A stretch of DNA of 64,000 nucleotides from a virus. The position numbers and the translations under genes are program-made. The stretch lies in the IMG/VR virus record IMGVR_UViG_3300045988_171725, positions 81,036-145,035 of that record. One strand, given 5' to 3'. Below the pieces are notes generated by a model, which was not told the origin of the DNA, did no database searches, and saw nothing but the letters and a program-made list of their open reading frames with translations. This document shows positions 9,940 to 18,816 of this stretch, piece after piece. How positions within the stretch are numbered: the stretch's first letter is position 1; the number at the start of each line of letters is the position of its first letter.

Positions 9940-10345
9940 AGGTTTTCACAATTTATCGGCGGGGCTTTTTGGCTATCGCGGTTGGTATTGGTATAAAAAC
10001 ATCGGTGATTTATGGATTTTGATTAAGCGTGTGTTTTTTGTCTTGAATCACGGTTATGCTCCGCAAGCGTTATGGGAAACTGACGGTTGGTTTATCGGCG
10101 TTATGCGGGAGATTTTGACAGATTACCGTAATAATCGAGGTTTCGTCGGGTTCTTTGACCGCGAAACAGAAACCGAAGAAGAAAACGAGAAAAAGACGAA
10201 TGAATTGCTCGATTATATGATTGGTTTGCTCGATAAAATGGAGCTTGACTATATATGCGATGAAAAAACGATGAAAGAATCTGATAAGGCGAGAACGGAA
10301 TTTTTTACGTTGTTTTGTAAATATTTTTATAATTTTTGTGATTAA
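9911..10345 (+). CDS. Hypothetical protein (144 aa)
   Basis: Overlaps the primase 3' end, in the same operon. No motif. Confidence 0.5.
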   Translation: MAKRKMKKFKGFHNLSAGLFGYRGWYWYKNIGDLWILIKRVFFVLNHGYAPQALWETDGWFIGVMREILTDYRNNRGFVGFFDRETETEEENEKKTNELLDYMIGLLDKMELDYICDEKTMKESDKARTEFFTLFCKYFYNFCD

Positions 10346-10368
10346 TTTTAAAATTGGAGAAGGGTGTT

Positions 10369-10683
10369 ATGAAGGTTTTGGAAAATAACAAAGAGACAAA
10401 GGAATATCTCAATTCTCTCCCGAAAGCTTATATCGCGGCTTGTTGGGCTGGTTGGGGCGTTCGTGATTTCCCGTTCAGTGGTAAATACGAAGACAAAGAA
10501 AAAACTATTCCGCTCGTTTGGGATTATTTCGATTTCAACGGAGCCGCCGATGAATGGCATTTAATTAGTATTTACGACACGACGACTGGATTTATTGCTG
10601 GTTGGTCTTTTAATGAGGCGATGTTAAAAGATTATGTTCGTCTTAAAAACGCAGAACGCGGGGAAGAGTGGAGAAATAAGTAA
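10369..10683 (+). CDS. Hypothetical protein (about 104 aa)
   Basis: ATG at 10369 is preceded by GGAGAAGGG. The track start at 10354 is a TTG inside the RBS. Confidence 0.5.
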   Translation: MKVLENNKETKEYLNSLPKAYIAACWAGWGVRDFPFSGKYEDKEKTIPLVWDYFDFNGAADEWHLISIYDTTTGFIAGWSFNEAMLKDYVRLKNAERGEEWRNK

Positions 10684-10708
10684 AAGTAATTGTACAGAGG
10701 TGGTATAG

Positions 10709-11170
10709 ATGGATTGGTTCGAAATATGTATTATTGTTTTGTGCGTAGTTGTTGTTTTGATGTATCTCGTATGTACAGTTGGTTTTTGCATACTTACTCG
10801 GCGTTATAAAAAGTTTTACGAAACGACGGAAGAAGGCAGGAAACTTTATTGCGCCTTATACACGAAAGACCGTTTGGGCAGTAAACATGATTGGCTTGTA
10901 AATCGAATGAGTGAATTGCGAGATAAGATAGACGAATTTGAAACCTATTTCCCCGAAGAGAGTCACGAAAAAGCGTCTATACATGAAATGAAAGCTCGAT
11001 ATAAAGAATACTCTGATGAACTTTATCGCACGAAAGAAGCTATGACTGATTGGGGTGAACGAATTAACAAAATGGTCGCGGCGTTGCCAAAAAAGTATAG
11101 CGATATCTTGGAGTACAACTGGGCAAATGCAAAAGTAGAAGTTAAGGAGGAGGAAAGCATATGTTGGTAA
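10709..11170 (+). CDS. Membrane-anchored hypothetical protein (153 aa)
   Basis: N-terminal hydrophobic helix WFEICIIVLCVVVVLMYLVCTVGFCIL. Confidence 0.55.
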   Translation: MDWFEICIIVLCVVVVLMYLVCTVGFCILTRRYKKFYETTEEGRKLYCALYTKDRLGSKHDWLVNRMSELRDKIDEFETYFPEESHEKASIHEMKARYKEYSDELYRTKEAMTDWGERINKMVAALPKKYSDILEYNWANAKVEVKEEESICW

Positions 11171-11535
11171 AAGATTGGTTAAGCGTAGTTATTCCCGCGT
11201 CGAATATTAAGGTCATAGACGGGAATATCTCAGCATATGGAACAAAGGAAAGTCTAGAAGAAAATTATGGGGATTTCGACTTGAAAAGAGTTGAGCAAGT
11301 AGATGACACAGATCTGTTGATTCTTTATGTTTCGACTAAATGCCCTCATTACAAAACCCGAACAGTCAAACACTATCTGAGCGAATACGAAAGGGGATAT
11401 TACGCCGCATTATACGGCGGCACTCAATATGAGTGCATTGACGAAGAAGAATCTTATTGTTTCGGGACGAAGAACTGCGAAGTTTGCCATTGTGGTGGAG
11501 ATAAAAGAAAGTGTGATTTTTATCCCGCTAAATAA
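11161..11535 (+). CDS. Hypothetical Cys-rich protein (124 aa)
   Basis: Overlaps the previous stop. C-terminal CEVCHCGGDKRKC cluster. Confidence 0.5.
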   Translation: MLVKDWLSVVIPASNIKVIDGNISAYGTKESLEENYGDFDLKRVEQVDDTDLLILYVSTKCPHYKTRTVKHYLSEYERGYYAALYGGTQYECIDEEESYCFGTKNCEVCHCGGDKRKCDFYPAK

Positions 11536-11569
11536 AATCGGAATTTTATCAAAAACCTCGTTCAAACAG

Positions 11570-11598
11570 TTGACAAACGGATTTCGGTGTGCTATAAT
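11570..11598 (+). promoter_or_regulatory. Sigma70-type promoter P2 (part of a roughly 75-nt cassette repeated at P5)
   Basis: TTGACA at 11570-11575 and TATAAT at 11593-11598, 17-bp spacer, TG at 11590-11591. Confidence 0.7.
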
Positions 11599-11627
11599 AA
11601 AGCCACAGATTGAGTAAAGGAGTAAAT

Positions 11628-12332
11628 ATGAGAGAAGATTATACTTTTTACAATTGTTATTGTCATGATAATGTTCCTATTGACTTTAAAGCTTATGTGC
11701 TAAATCAACTTAGAGATTTGGGTTATTTTAATTGGCTTAGAGATGAACCTAGATGGATTAAAGAAGAGGAAGATTTTTTAAATTCCACCCAAAGAATCCC
11801 TTACATAGAAAGGGAAATAAAACGAGACCAAAAAAGAATAAGAGAAGCCAAGGAATTTCTTAAACAAATAAAAGAGCACCCTGATGAAGAGTATGGGAAA
11901 TACGTGAAAGACGAAACCGAGAAATGGCAGGCGCAGTATAATACCAAAATTAACAACAAAACAGATTATGCCACTGAGCGCATTAAATACCTGAAACGCC
12001 GTGCCGATGAGTTGCAGTCTTTTCTTAATAGTTGGGAGACGCCTGATGAATATTACAACGTGACTGAAACTTTGAATAATCAGCTTTTGACTGTAAGAAA
12101 AGAAGCCAAAGAGCAGCAAGAAGATAGAAAACTGTTTTATGACAACCTTGAAGACAAACCCGTTATAGCGTCTGAGGAAGTTTATCTGGAAGATATTAAA
12201 GAACAGTGTGAAGACATTATAAAGAGAAGTCGGAATTGGATTTCTGATAATAAAAGAAATATCGAAAGAATGAAAAAGCAGGACGAGGCCACCCATAAAT
12301 TATTTGAGTCTTTTAAACAGTTGGGTTTATAA
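11628..12332 (+). CDS. Hypothetical coiled-coil protein (about 234 aa)
   Basis: ATG at 11628 follows AAGGAG (11617-11622). Lys/Glu-rich, likely helical. Confidence 0.55.
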   Translation: MREDYTFYNCYCHDNVPIDFKAYVLNQLRDLGYFNWLRDEPRWIKEEEDFLNSTQRIPYIEREIKRDQKRIREAKEFLKQIKEHPDEEYGKYVKDETEKWQAQYNTKINNKTDYATERIKYLKRRADELQSFLNSWETPDEYYNVTETLNNQLLTVRKEAKEQQEDRKLFYDNLEDKPVIASEEVYLEDIKEQCEDIIKRSRNWISDNKRNIERMKKQDEATHKLFESFKQLGL

Positions 12333-12347
12333 TAAGAGGTGTTGGTT

Positions 12348-12581
12348 ATGAAAGTTAAAGAATTATTTAAAGTTGTAGATACAAGATTTTTCTGTCCTGA
12401 TATTACTATTGTTGACGACGCAAACTCAAGAAGTGTAAAAACATTTAAGTATCCACAGGATGGCAGAACTTATGTTGATGGAATGCTTAATCAATTTGAG
12501 GATAGAACAATTGTACAATATGGTGTTGATTTTGGTACTGATGAAAATGGAATTGACTACATTATAATCGAGGTAGAATAA
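12348..12581 (+). CDS. Hypothetical protein (77 aa)
   Basis: ATG at 12348 after AAGAGGTG. Lies in the AT-rich accessory block. Confidence 0.5.
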   Translation: MKVKELFKVVDTRFFCPDITIVDDANSRSVKTFKYPQDGRTYVDGMLNQFEDRTIVQYGVDFGTDENGIDYIIIEVE

Positions 12582-12582
12582 T

Positions 12583-12840
12583 ATGAAAATAAAAGATTTA
12601 TTTGATAAAAATAAAGGTAAAGTTATTATAGAATATCATAATGGTATTAAACACGAGTTTAACACTTATGAAGAATATGAAAAATATCTAAACGATTATT
12701 TTGGAGATAAAATAGTTAATTCTGTGCTTAATGAGAGTATAGAAAGTAGAATTTCAGAGGTTTATAGTTTAGAATTTAATCTTAGAGATGATAAAGGTAG
12801 AATTTTTAACTATGAAGAATTCTTGTGGGAAGTGCAATAA
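12583..12840 (+). CDS. Hypothetical protein (85 aa)
   Basis: Starts 1 nt after the previous stop. Confidence 0.5.
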   Translation: MKIKDLFDKNKGKVIIEYHNGIKHEFNTYEEYEKYLNDYFGDKIVNSVLNESIESRISEVYSLEFNLRDDKGRIFNYEEFLWEVQ

Positions 12841-12841
12841 T

Positions 12842-13030
12842 ATGAATAAAGAAGAAATTTCTTGGGTTGTAGGTGAGGCTATTCATTTTGCTTATGAAGT
12901 TGGCTATTTAGATTGTGAGTTAAAAAGAGGCTATTCTAATTTTGATAAAATAGTAGAAAAAGTTTTAGAATATTTAGATAATGATTCTGAAAGAAATATA
13001 TTAAAGAAACTTTTAGGTAAAGAGGTTTAA
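12842..13030 (+). CDS. Hypothetical protein (62 aa)
   Basis: In-frame ATG at 12842, just after the previous stop. Confidence 0.45.
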   Translation: MNKEEISWVVGEAIHFAYEVGYLDCELKRGYSNFDKIVEKVLEYLDNDSERNILKKLLGKEV

Positions 13031-13033
13031 GTT

Positions 13034-13333
13034 ATGTTTGTAATAAGTATAAAGAGAATATTTGATTGTTCAGGAAACAAATTAGAGAAACCAGAATATG
13101 AATATTTTAGTTATGATAAATATGCGGGTTCTTTTAGTATTGGCTATCCTACTTGGGATGATTTTTATCATGCTGAAACTTTTAAAACTGCTGAACAAGC
13201 TAAAAAGGTTTATATGGAAAATTTACATATTCTTTATTGCTGTTGGAAAGATTATGACAGGGACAGTGTAAGAATTTGTGAAGTTAAATTTAAGCCTGTA
13301 GAAAAATTGCCTTGGAAGGAAAATAAAGATTAA
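13034..13333 (+). CDS. Hypothetical protein (99 aa)
   Basis: Tightly packed same-strand ORF. Confidence 0.5.
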   Translation: MFVISIKRIFDCSGNKLEKPEYEYFSYDKYAGSFSIGYPTWDDFYHAETFKTAEQAKKVYMENLHILYCCWKDYDRDSVRICEVKFKPVEKLPWKENKD

Positions 13334-13434
13334 TTATGAAAGTTAAAACTTACCATATTGAAGTCAATTCCTTTAAGGAGGGAAAAGATTATTCTTTAGA
13401 GTAAACTGTAGAAGCAGTAGATATTTACGATGCC

Positions 13435-13629
13435 ATGGAAGTAGTAGAAAATTATTGCTGTGACAATCATGGAACTTGTGAAATTACTAGTGTGAAAAAA
13501 ATAGATAAAAACACTTTTACATGTGAAGTTTGTAAAAGAAAATATCAGTGGGCTTTTCCATGCACGCCTGATGACTGCGAGGAGAGGTTAAAAGATTTTT
13601 GTGAAGGAAAAGACGATAGGGTGGAGTGA
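13435..13629 (+). CDS. Small Cys-rich (zinc-ribbon-like) protein (64 aa)
   Basis: CCDNHGTC ... CEVC ... C pattern. Confidence 0.45.
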   Translation: MEVVENYCCDNHGTCEITSVKKIDKNTFTCEVCKRKYQWAFPCTPDDCEERLKDFCEGKDDRVE

Positions 13630-13668
13630 TATGACTAATTTTAAAAAAAATAAAACAAGGAGAAGATT

Positions 13669-14070
13669 ATGAAAAAGATTATTAAAATTATGTTGACTTT
13701 AATGATTGCTATAATGATGATTTTTGCTTCTGGCTGTAATCAAGCAGATACGATGAGATACAATATTCAGAAGGAAGCGGACAAATTCAATGTCTATCGA
13801 AAGATTACATTTGTAAATCTATATACTGGTCAGCTTCTTTACAGTGCAGAAGGTTATTTTTCTGTACAAACTACATATGACAACAATTATCAAGGACAAC
13901 AAGAAATAGGTATCGTATTTAACGTTGCCAAGAACGAATATAAAATGGACTATTTCAGTATTGCCGAGAACGTATGCTATGTTATCGAGCAAGCAAAAAA
14001 CACGACGGGAGATCCGTACCATTGGAAAATTGTTTGGTATATAGCAATTCCCGAAAACGTAGGTGGTTAA
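13669..14070 (+). CDS. Lipoprotein (133 aa)
   Basis: Signal peptide with lipobox: MKKIIKIMLTLMIAIMMIFASGC. Confidence 0.65.
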   Translation: MKKIIKIMLTLMIAIMMIFASGCNQADTMRYNIQKEADKFNVYRKITFVNLYTGQLLYSAEGYFSVQTTYDNNYQGQQEIGIVFNVAKNEYKMDYFSIAENVCYVIEQAKNTTGDPYHWKIVWYIAIPENVGG

Positions 14071-14090
14071 AAATAAGGAGAGAAACAATA

Positions 14091-14420
14091 ATGAAAATTT
14101 GGGTTGATGATGAAAGAGAAATGCCAAAAGACTATAGTTGCACCGCTTGTACAACCAGATGTGCTCTTTATTTTATCGAGAAAGCTTTTTATAATAAAGA
14201 TGATGTAGAAATTTCTCTCGATCATGATGCTGGAAAATATGCCGATATGGGCGGTGATTATATTAAAATTTTAGAGAAATTGGAAGAGTTATCTTATGAA
14301 TATCCAATGGTTAAAGATTATATCAAAAACAAAATGACCTTTCATCTTCACACAGCAAACCCAGTTGGAAGAGAGAACATGAGAAGAATTATTCAGAAAA
14401 ATGGTTGGAAGGAAGTATGA
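14091..14420 (+). CDS. Hypothetical protein (109 aa), possibly a receiver-like (CPR-type) domain
   Basis: ATG at 14091 after AAGGAG. The N-terminal MKIWVDDERxMP motif recalls a phage receiver-like family from memory. Weak. Confidence 0.4.
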   Translation: MKIWVDDEREMPKDYSCTACTTRCALYFIEKAFYNKDDVEISLDHDAGKYADMGGDYIKILEKLEELSYEYPMVKDYIKNKMTFHLHTANPVGRENMRRIIQKNGWKEV

Positions 14421-14524
14421 AAGATAGAGATAATTTAAAATAAGTATAAAAATATAGCGTCAACTAATTTTATACTATAATATATAATTAAATTATAAAA
14501 ATTATTTGGAGGTGCCATTAAAAT

Positions 14525-15646
14525 ATGGTGGAATTTATTTTAGGTTTAATTGCTATTGCAATTGGTGTTATTGTTGGAACAGTTCTTAAGAGATACTCTA
14601 TTGTGGAAACTGTAAATAACTCGGATAATGAAAGAGTTAAGGTTAAGACCAATCCTCTTAAGAAATATGCAGTCATTCCTATTGCAGCTGGAATTGTTTT
14701 AGGGTGTATTGGTACATTCTGTGGTAGTGTTGTGTCGGTAACTACAGGTAATACTGGTGTTGTATCTACTTTCGGTAAAGTTGAAAACTATACTCTTGAG
14801 TCAGGATTCCATTTTAAAGCTCCTTGGAATACTGTAACAGAGATGGATAATAGAGTTCAGAAGCAGACTATTGAAATGAAATGCTTTAGCTCTGATATTC
14901 AGGAAGTTAGTATGAAATATACTCTTAACTATCAAATTGATCGTGCTAATGCTCAGGAAATTTATAGAACTATAGGTAAGGATTATTATTCAACTATTAT
15001 TGAACCTAATATTACTGAGGCTGTAAAAGTTGCTTCTGCTCAGTATACTGCAGAAAAGCTGGTTCAAACTAGAAGTGAATTAGCAGATGATATTGAAAAA
15101 CTATTGAGAGAAAATCTTAATAAATATCATATTAATGTAAGTTCAACTGCTATTGAGGATATGGATTTTACGGATGCTTTCACTAATGCAGTAGAAGCAA
15201 AGCAGGTTGCAGAACAGAAGAAGAAACAAGCAGAAATTGAACAGTCTCAGCAACTTGCTCAAGCTGAAAATGATAAGAAAATTGCTGAAACAAAAGCTAA
15301 AGCTGAAGCAGAGGTAGCAAAGATTAAAGCAGAAGCAGATATGGAAGTAGCTAAGATTGAAGCTGATACAGCTGAATATGCAGGTCAGAAAAATGCAGCT
15401 ATTGCACTTCAAGGACTTGCCTCTACAAATGGGTGGACAGTTGTAACTTATAAAAATCCTGATGGTGCTTCTATCAATAAGCTTCTTAAATCTGATGGTG
15501 AAGTTGTAACTCAAACTGAACTTGAAATTGGCGTTAAGAATTATCTTGAAAAACTTAAAAATGATAAATGGGATGGTAAGTTGCCTGTTTATTATCTTGG
15601 ATCTGATGGAAGTATTACAACTGTAATTCCTACACCTGGCAATTAA
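14525..15646 (+). CDS. SPFH/band-7 (prohibitin/flotillin-like) membrane protein
   Basis: Two N-terminal TM helices, then a typical SPFH core (GNTGVVSTFGKV...GFHFKAPW...) and an Ala/Glu/Lys-rich coiled coil. Confidence 0.8.
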   Translation: MVEFILGLIAIAIGVIVGTVLKRYSIVETVNNSDNERVKVKTNPLKKYAVIPIAAGIVLGCIGTFCGSVVSVTTGNTGVVSTFGKVENYTLESGFHFKAPWNTVTEMDNRVQKQTIEMKCFSSDIQEVSMKYTLNYQIDRANAQEIYRTIGKDYYSTIIEPNITEAVKVASAQYTAEKLVQTRSELADDIEKLLRENLNKYHINVSSTAIEDMDFTDAFTNAVEAKQVAEQKKKQAEIEQSQQLAQAENDKKIAETKAKAEAEVAKIKAEADMEVAKIEADTAEYAGQKNAAIALQGLASTNGWTVVTYKNPDGASINKLLKSDGEVVTQTELEIGVKNYLEKLKNDKWDGKLPVYYLGSDGSITTVIPTPGN

Positions 15647-15696
15647 AAGATAATATAAGAAGAATTATCCAAAAGAATGGTTGAAGAGAAGTATAA

Positions 15697-16188
15697 ATGA
15701 AAAACTATAAGAAGCTAACTTTTAAAAGAAGTAAAAACGCATCTAATGCAAGTTACGAAGAATTATTAAATCGTCTTGCCGAACTCGAAGACAAAATCGA
15801 GGACGGAACTCTTATTGAGGTTGAGTCGCCTTGTACAGAAGAAAAGTTTGATTATATTTGCAAGTATTATGAGAATGGCTTGTGTCATCTCGGCGAGGAA
15901 TTATTTGGTGTTCCACCTCAGTTGTGTGATTGTATAAATGACTTTGAAAATTGTATGGGTTCTAAACCAATTGAATATGAAAAAGAACAGAAGATTGGCA
16001 TAACTCTTAAAGAAATCAAACAGGATGCCATTACACAATTAGTCAATCTTGTAAATAAAAAATTGAATATATTGTGTAATAACAAACACAACACCAAATT
16101 ATCGGCTTTTTATTTATCCAATATGATAAAAGAAGCTTTACATGAACTTGGATATGAGGTTCGAATATATGAAAATTCTAATAAATAA
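15697..16188 (+). CDS. Hypothetical protein (163 aa)
   Basis: Same-strand ORF. No motif. Confidence 0.5.
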   Translation: MKNYKKLTFKRSKNASNASYEELLNRLAELEDKIEDGTLIEVESPCTEEKFDYICKYYENGLCHLGEELFGVPPQLCDCINDFENCMGSKPIEYEKEQKIGITLKEIKQDAITQLVNLVNKKLNILCNNKHNTKLSAFYLSNMIKEALHELGYEVRIYENSNK

Positions 16189-16444
16189 AACTTATCGACC
16201 TTTTTGTGATGCTGTGCCTCAAGAATTTTATGATGCGTATAATATAACTGGTGTAGACCAACTTTGTTTAAGCAGAAAAGATCCAAGATTGATTAAATGG
16301 TTAGAGGACCATCCAGAGCAACAGCATCGCACTATTTGGGTAGAAGAAGTTCCAAAAGGGACTAAATATAGAATTGTTGTATTAGAAAGTGGTTGCGAAG
16401 ATATTGAATGTTTTGATGACATTGAGTGGGAAATTGCAGATTAA
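16169..16444 (+). CDS. Hypothetical protein (about 91 aa)
   Basis: ATG at 16169 with GAGG 8 nt upstream. An alternative ATG exists at 16142. Confidence 0.45.
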   Translation: MKILINKTYRPFCDAVPQEFYDAYNITGVDQLCLSRKDPRLIKWLEDHPEQQHRTIWVEEVPKGTKYRIVVLESGCEDIECFDDIEWEIAD

Positions 16445-16460
16445 TAGGAGGATTGAATAT

Positions 16461-16910
16461 ATGAAATGCAAGTTTTATTCGGAAGAGATAGGCAAATGCT
16501 TATTTGATGGACCACCAGATGATTGTCCTTTTGAAAATAATGAAGATAATTGCGCTTGTTTTGAACCCAAAATGATTGAATACGGAAGCAGCGACGTGCA
16601 TAATGACGAAGACGAGTTTTACAAGAAATATTGCAGAGGATGCAGTTCGTTGGTGTGCAGTGGCGTCAGAGATACGATCGCAAGAGAGGGTTGTAGATAT
16701 TATCGGCATGAAATGAAGAAAGAAACTCCCGACAATTTGCCTTTACCCGAAGGCGTCATACCACTCAAGGGCTACAAAATCGCATTGCCGAAATATTCCG
16801 CAAGGATTTCAATTGGCAGTTTGCAAATAAATTTAACTGACAAAACGTTCACCGAAGAGCAAATCAAAAATATGAAAGAAATGCTTGGTTGGGAGGTTGA
16901 AAACTTATAA
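16461..16910 (+). CDS. Cys-rich hypothetical protein (149 aa)
   Basis: ATG at 16461 after GGAGG. Multiple Cys clusters. Confidence 0.5.
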   Translation: MKCKFYSEEIGKCLFDGPPDDCPFENNEDNCACFEPKMIEYGSSDVHNDEDEFYKKYCRGCSSLVCSGVRDTIAREGCRYYRHEMKKETPDNLPLPEGVIPLKGYKIALPKYSARISIGSLQINLTDKTFTEEQIKNMKEMLGWEVENL

Positions 16911-17275
16911 TGGAAATTTTGCGAGTGATATTTTTCATACAAGCAGGAGTAACTATTTCTCTTTCCGTTGGATTGATAACAGAAGGTATTTCGTCAGGTA
17001 AATTTGGAATTTTAAATTTACTTGTGAGATCGACGGTTTTGAATAAATTTGGAAAAATTTTTTCAATTATATTATATGTACTTATTAGCCCGTTTTGGGC
17101 GATAGTGGATACATTGTGGTTTGCAATGACATATAAGAAGGATAATGTAAAATGTAACAATTGCGGGAAAAATTTTTGTGCAAAAACCACCGAGAGGGCG
17201 CCCGCGATTACGGGTGTTGCAAAATGCCCTCATTGTGGTAAGTTTACTGTGATAGATAAAGGAGAGACAAAATGA
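16910..17275 (+). CDS. Membrane protein with C-terminal zinc ribbon (121 aa)
   Basis: Hydrophobic N-terminal two-thirds, then CNNCGKNFC...CPHCG. Confidence 0.5.
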   Translation: MEILRVIFFIQAGVTISLSVGLITEGISSGKFGILNLLVRSTVLNKFGKIFSIILYVLISPFWAIVDTLWFAMTYKKDNVKCNNCGKNFCAKTTERAPAITGVAKCPHCGKFTVIDKGETK

Positions 17276-17466
17276 AATTAGAACTCGTTCAATACCCTTA
17301 CCCCAAATCAGGTCCGACCGTTTATCTCGACGATTACCAAATCGCAGGTCCGAGAGCGTATGGCGTGGGGCCTACGGTCGCGAGTTACGAGCTGAAGAGA
17401 GAAAATTTAGAAGATATTCAGAGAATTGTGACACGAGAATTGAACCGTTTAAACGGGATAAAATAA
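17272..17466 (+). CDS. Hypothetical protein (64 aa)
   Basis: ATGA overlap with the previous ORF. Confidence 0.5.
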   Translation: MKLELVQYPYPKSGPTVYLDDYQIAGPRAYGVGPTVASYELKRENLEDIQRIVTRELNRLNGIK

Positions 17467-17483
17467 AAGAGGTGTTTTAATAT

Positions 17484-17765
17484 ATGGATAATGTATGTAT
17501 GAATATGAACAGTATATGTATGACGGTCGCAGACCTTAAAAGAATTTTAGAAGATTTGCCCGATGATATGCTTGTGGCAATCCCCGATCGCGTTGATGAG
17601 AATTATAACATTTTGACATGTTGTGTCGCAGTTGGGACCGCTGGCGTTCTGAGCTCGCCGTATGAGGCGACAAGAGTTTTGTGCTTAAACGCCATAGCAA
17701 GCAGAGCAGATACAATCGCGGGTCAGATTAACGACACGATAGAATGCGAACAAGTATTATTTTGA
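17484..17765 (+). CDS. Hypothetical protein (93 aa)
   Basis: Last ORF before the terminator/promoter module. Confidence 0.5.
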   Translation: MDNVCMNMNSICMTVADLKRILEDLPDDMLVAIPDRVDENYNILTCCVAVGTAGVLSSPYEATRVLCLNAIASRADTIAGQINDTIECEQVLF

Positions 17766-17787
17766 AACTATTATTTATAATTTTTTT

Positions 17788-17824
17788 AAGAACTTGCGGC
17801 TAAATGCTTGACAAGTTCTTTTTT
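17788..17824 (+). terminator. Rho-independent terminator overlapping promoter P3
   Basis: 9-bp perfect stem AAGAACTTG (17788-17796) / CAAGTTCTT (17812-17820), followed by TTTT. The -35 of P3 lies in the loop and 3' arm. Confidence 0.7.
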
Positions 17825-17836
17825 ATCTGCTATAAT
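17808..17836 (+). promoter_or_regulatory. Sigma70-type promoter P3
   Basis: TTGACA at 17808-17813 and TATAAT at 17831-17836, 17-bp spacer, TG at 17828-17829. Confidence 0.7.
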
Positions 17837-17860
17837 AGAGACACAATCGGAGGTAGAAAT

Positions 17861-18352
17861 ATGGAAATTGTAACTTGGATCATTTCAGCAGTTGTTCAGG
17901 TGACTTTGGCAATCGGGTTTTTTGTGGTTTACACCAAATACCAAAAAGCGACGAAAAAGGTTCGCAGCTTGGAACGTGAAATCGAGAAACTCACGCAGCC
18001 GAGTTTAATCTCTCTAAGCCCCGAAATTTATAACGTGATTTCGCGGTGGATTAAAGATTGCGGGGTTATGCAGGTCGGGATTGCATTAAAATACGAAAAA
18101 GAGAAACGGGGTTATCGTGCCCTGATTTACACGGATCGTGTAGGGTATCTCATCGGGAAAGCGGGTTGCAAAGTCGCGGCGGTTAAAAAGGAACTCATGG
18201 AGCTGAAACAAGCGAATAATATCGTAGGCGTGGAAATCAACGAGGTTTTGGGTTTCATCAATCAAAGAGAAGTAGATGTGGACGATTATTACAGCGCGTA
18301 TATGTTGAATTGGCAAGCGTATGAAGACGCAGGCGAAGAAGTGATATATTAA
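17861..18352 (+). CDS. Membrane-anchored KH-domain (RNA-binding-like) protein
   Basis: ATG at 17861 after GGAGG. N-terminal TM helix. KH-type GxxG motif in VGYLIGKAGCKVAAVKKEL. Confidence 0.5.
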   Translation: MEIVTWIISAVVQVTLAIGFFVVYTKYQKATKKVRSLEREIEKLTQPSLISLSPEIYNVISRWIKDCGVMQVGIALKYEKEKRGYRALIYTDRVGYLIGKAGCKVAAVKKELMELKQANNIVGVEINEVLGFINQREVDVDDYYSAYMLNWQAYEDAGEEVIY

Positions 18353-18379
18353 AAAGATGATTTTATTTGGAGATAAAAG

Positions 18380-18784
18380 ATGGAGCACATAAAAGGTAAA
18401 GAACTCGAAACATTCGACGATTTTAGATTTGCAGAAAAACCTGTAATTTTTGAAAATAAGATTGGGCGGTCTATCGAGGCTGATCTTGAATGGATGTCGG
18501 TTGATGAATTTGTAGGCTATAAAAGAAGTGGGTATCGTTTTTATGAAAGAGTAAAGCCTGATAAGGGTATTTGGCATAAAGTATCGGAAGACGGATTGCC
18601 TAAAACAAATGATTATATATTAGTCTATCTTCGTAGTCGAAGCAAGTCGTATCACCCGACTGTTTCGATGGCTAGGTATACTCCAAATTATGGAGGTTGG
18701 TGGATTGCTGTAAATTCCTCTGAAACGCTCGACGATGATGATGAAGTTGTCGCGTGGATGGAAATTCCTGAATACGAAGAATAA
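18380..18784 (+). CDS. Hypothetical protein, DUF551-like C-terminus
   Basis: W-x-V-x-DGLP ... VVAWMEIPEY pattern, also seen in ORF 30869..31210. Confidence 0.45.
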   Translation: MEHIKGKELETFDDFRFAEKPVIFENKIGRSIEADLEWMSVDEFVGYKRSGYRFYERVKPDKGIWHKVSEDGLPKTNDYILVYLRSRSKSYHPTVSMARYTPNYGGWWIAVNSSETLDDDDEVVAWMEIPEYEE

Positions 18785-18816
18785 TAAAATTGCAGTTTTA
18801 TCGAGTGGAGGTTGAA

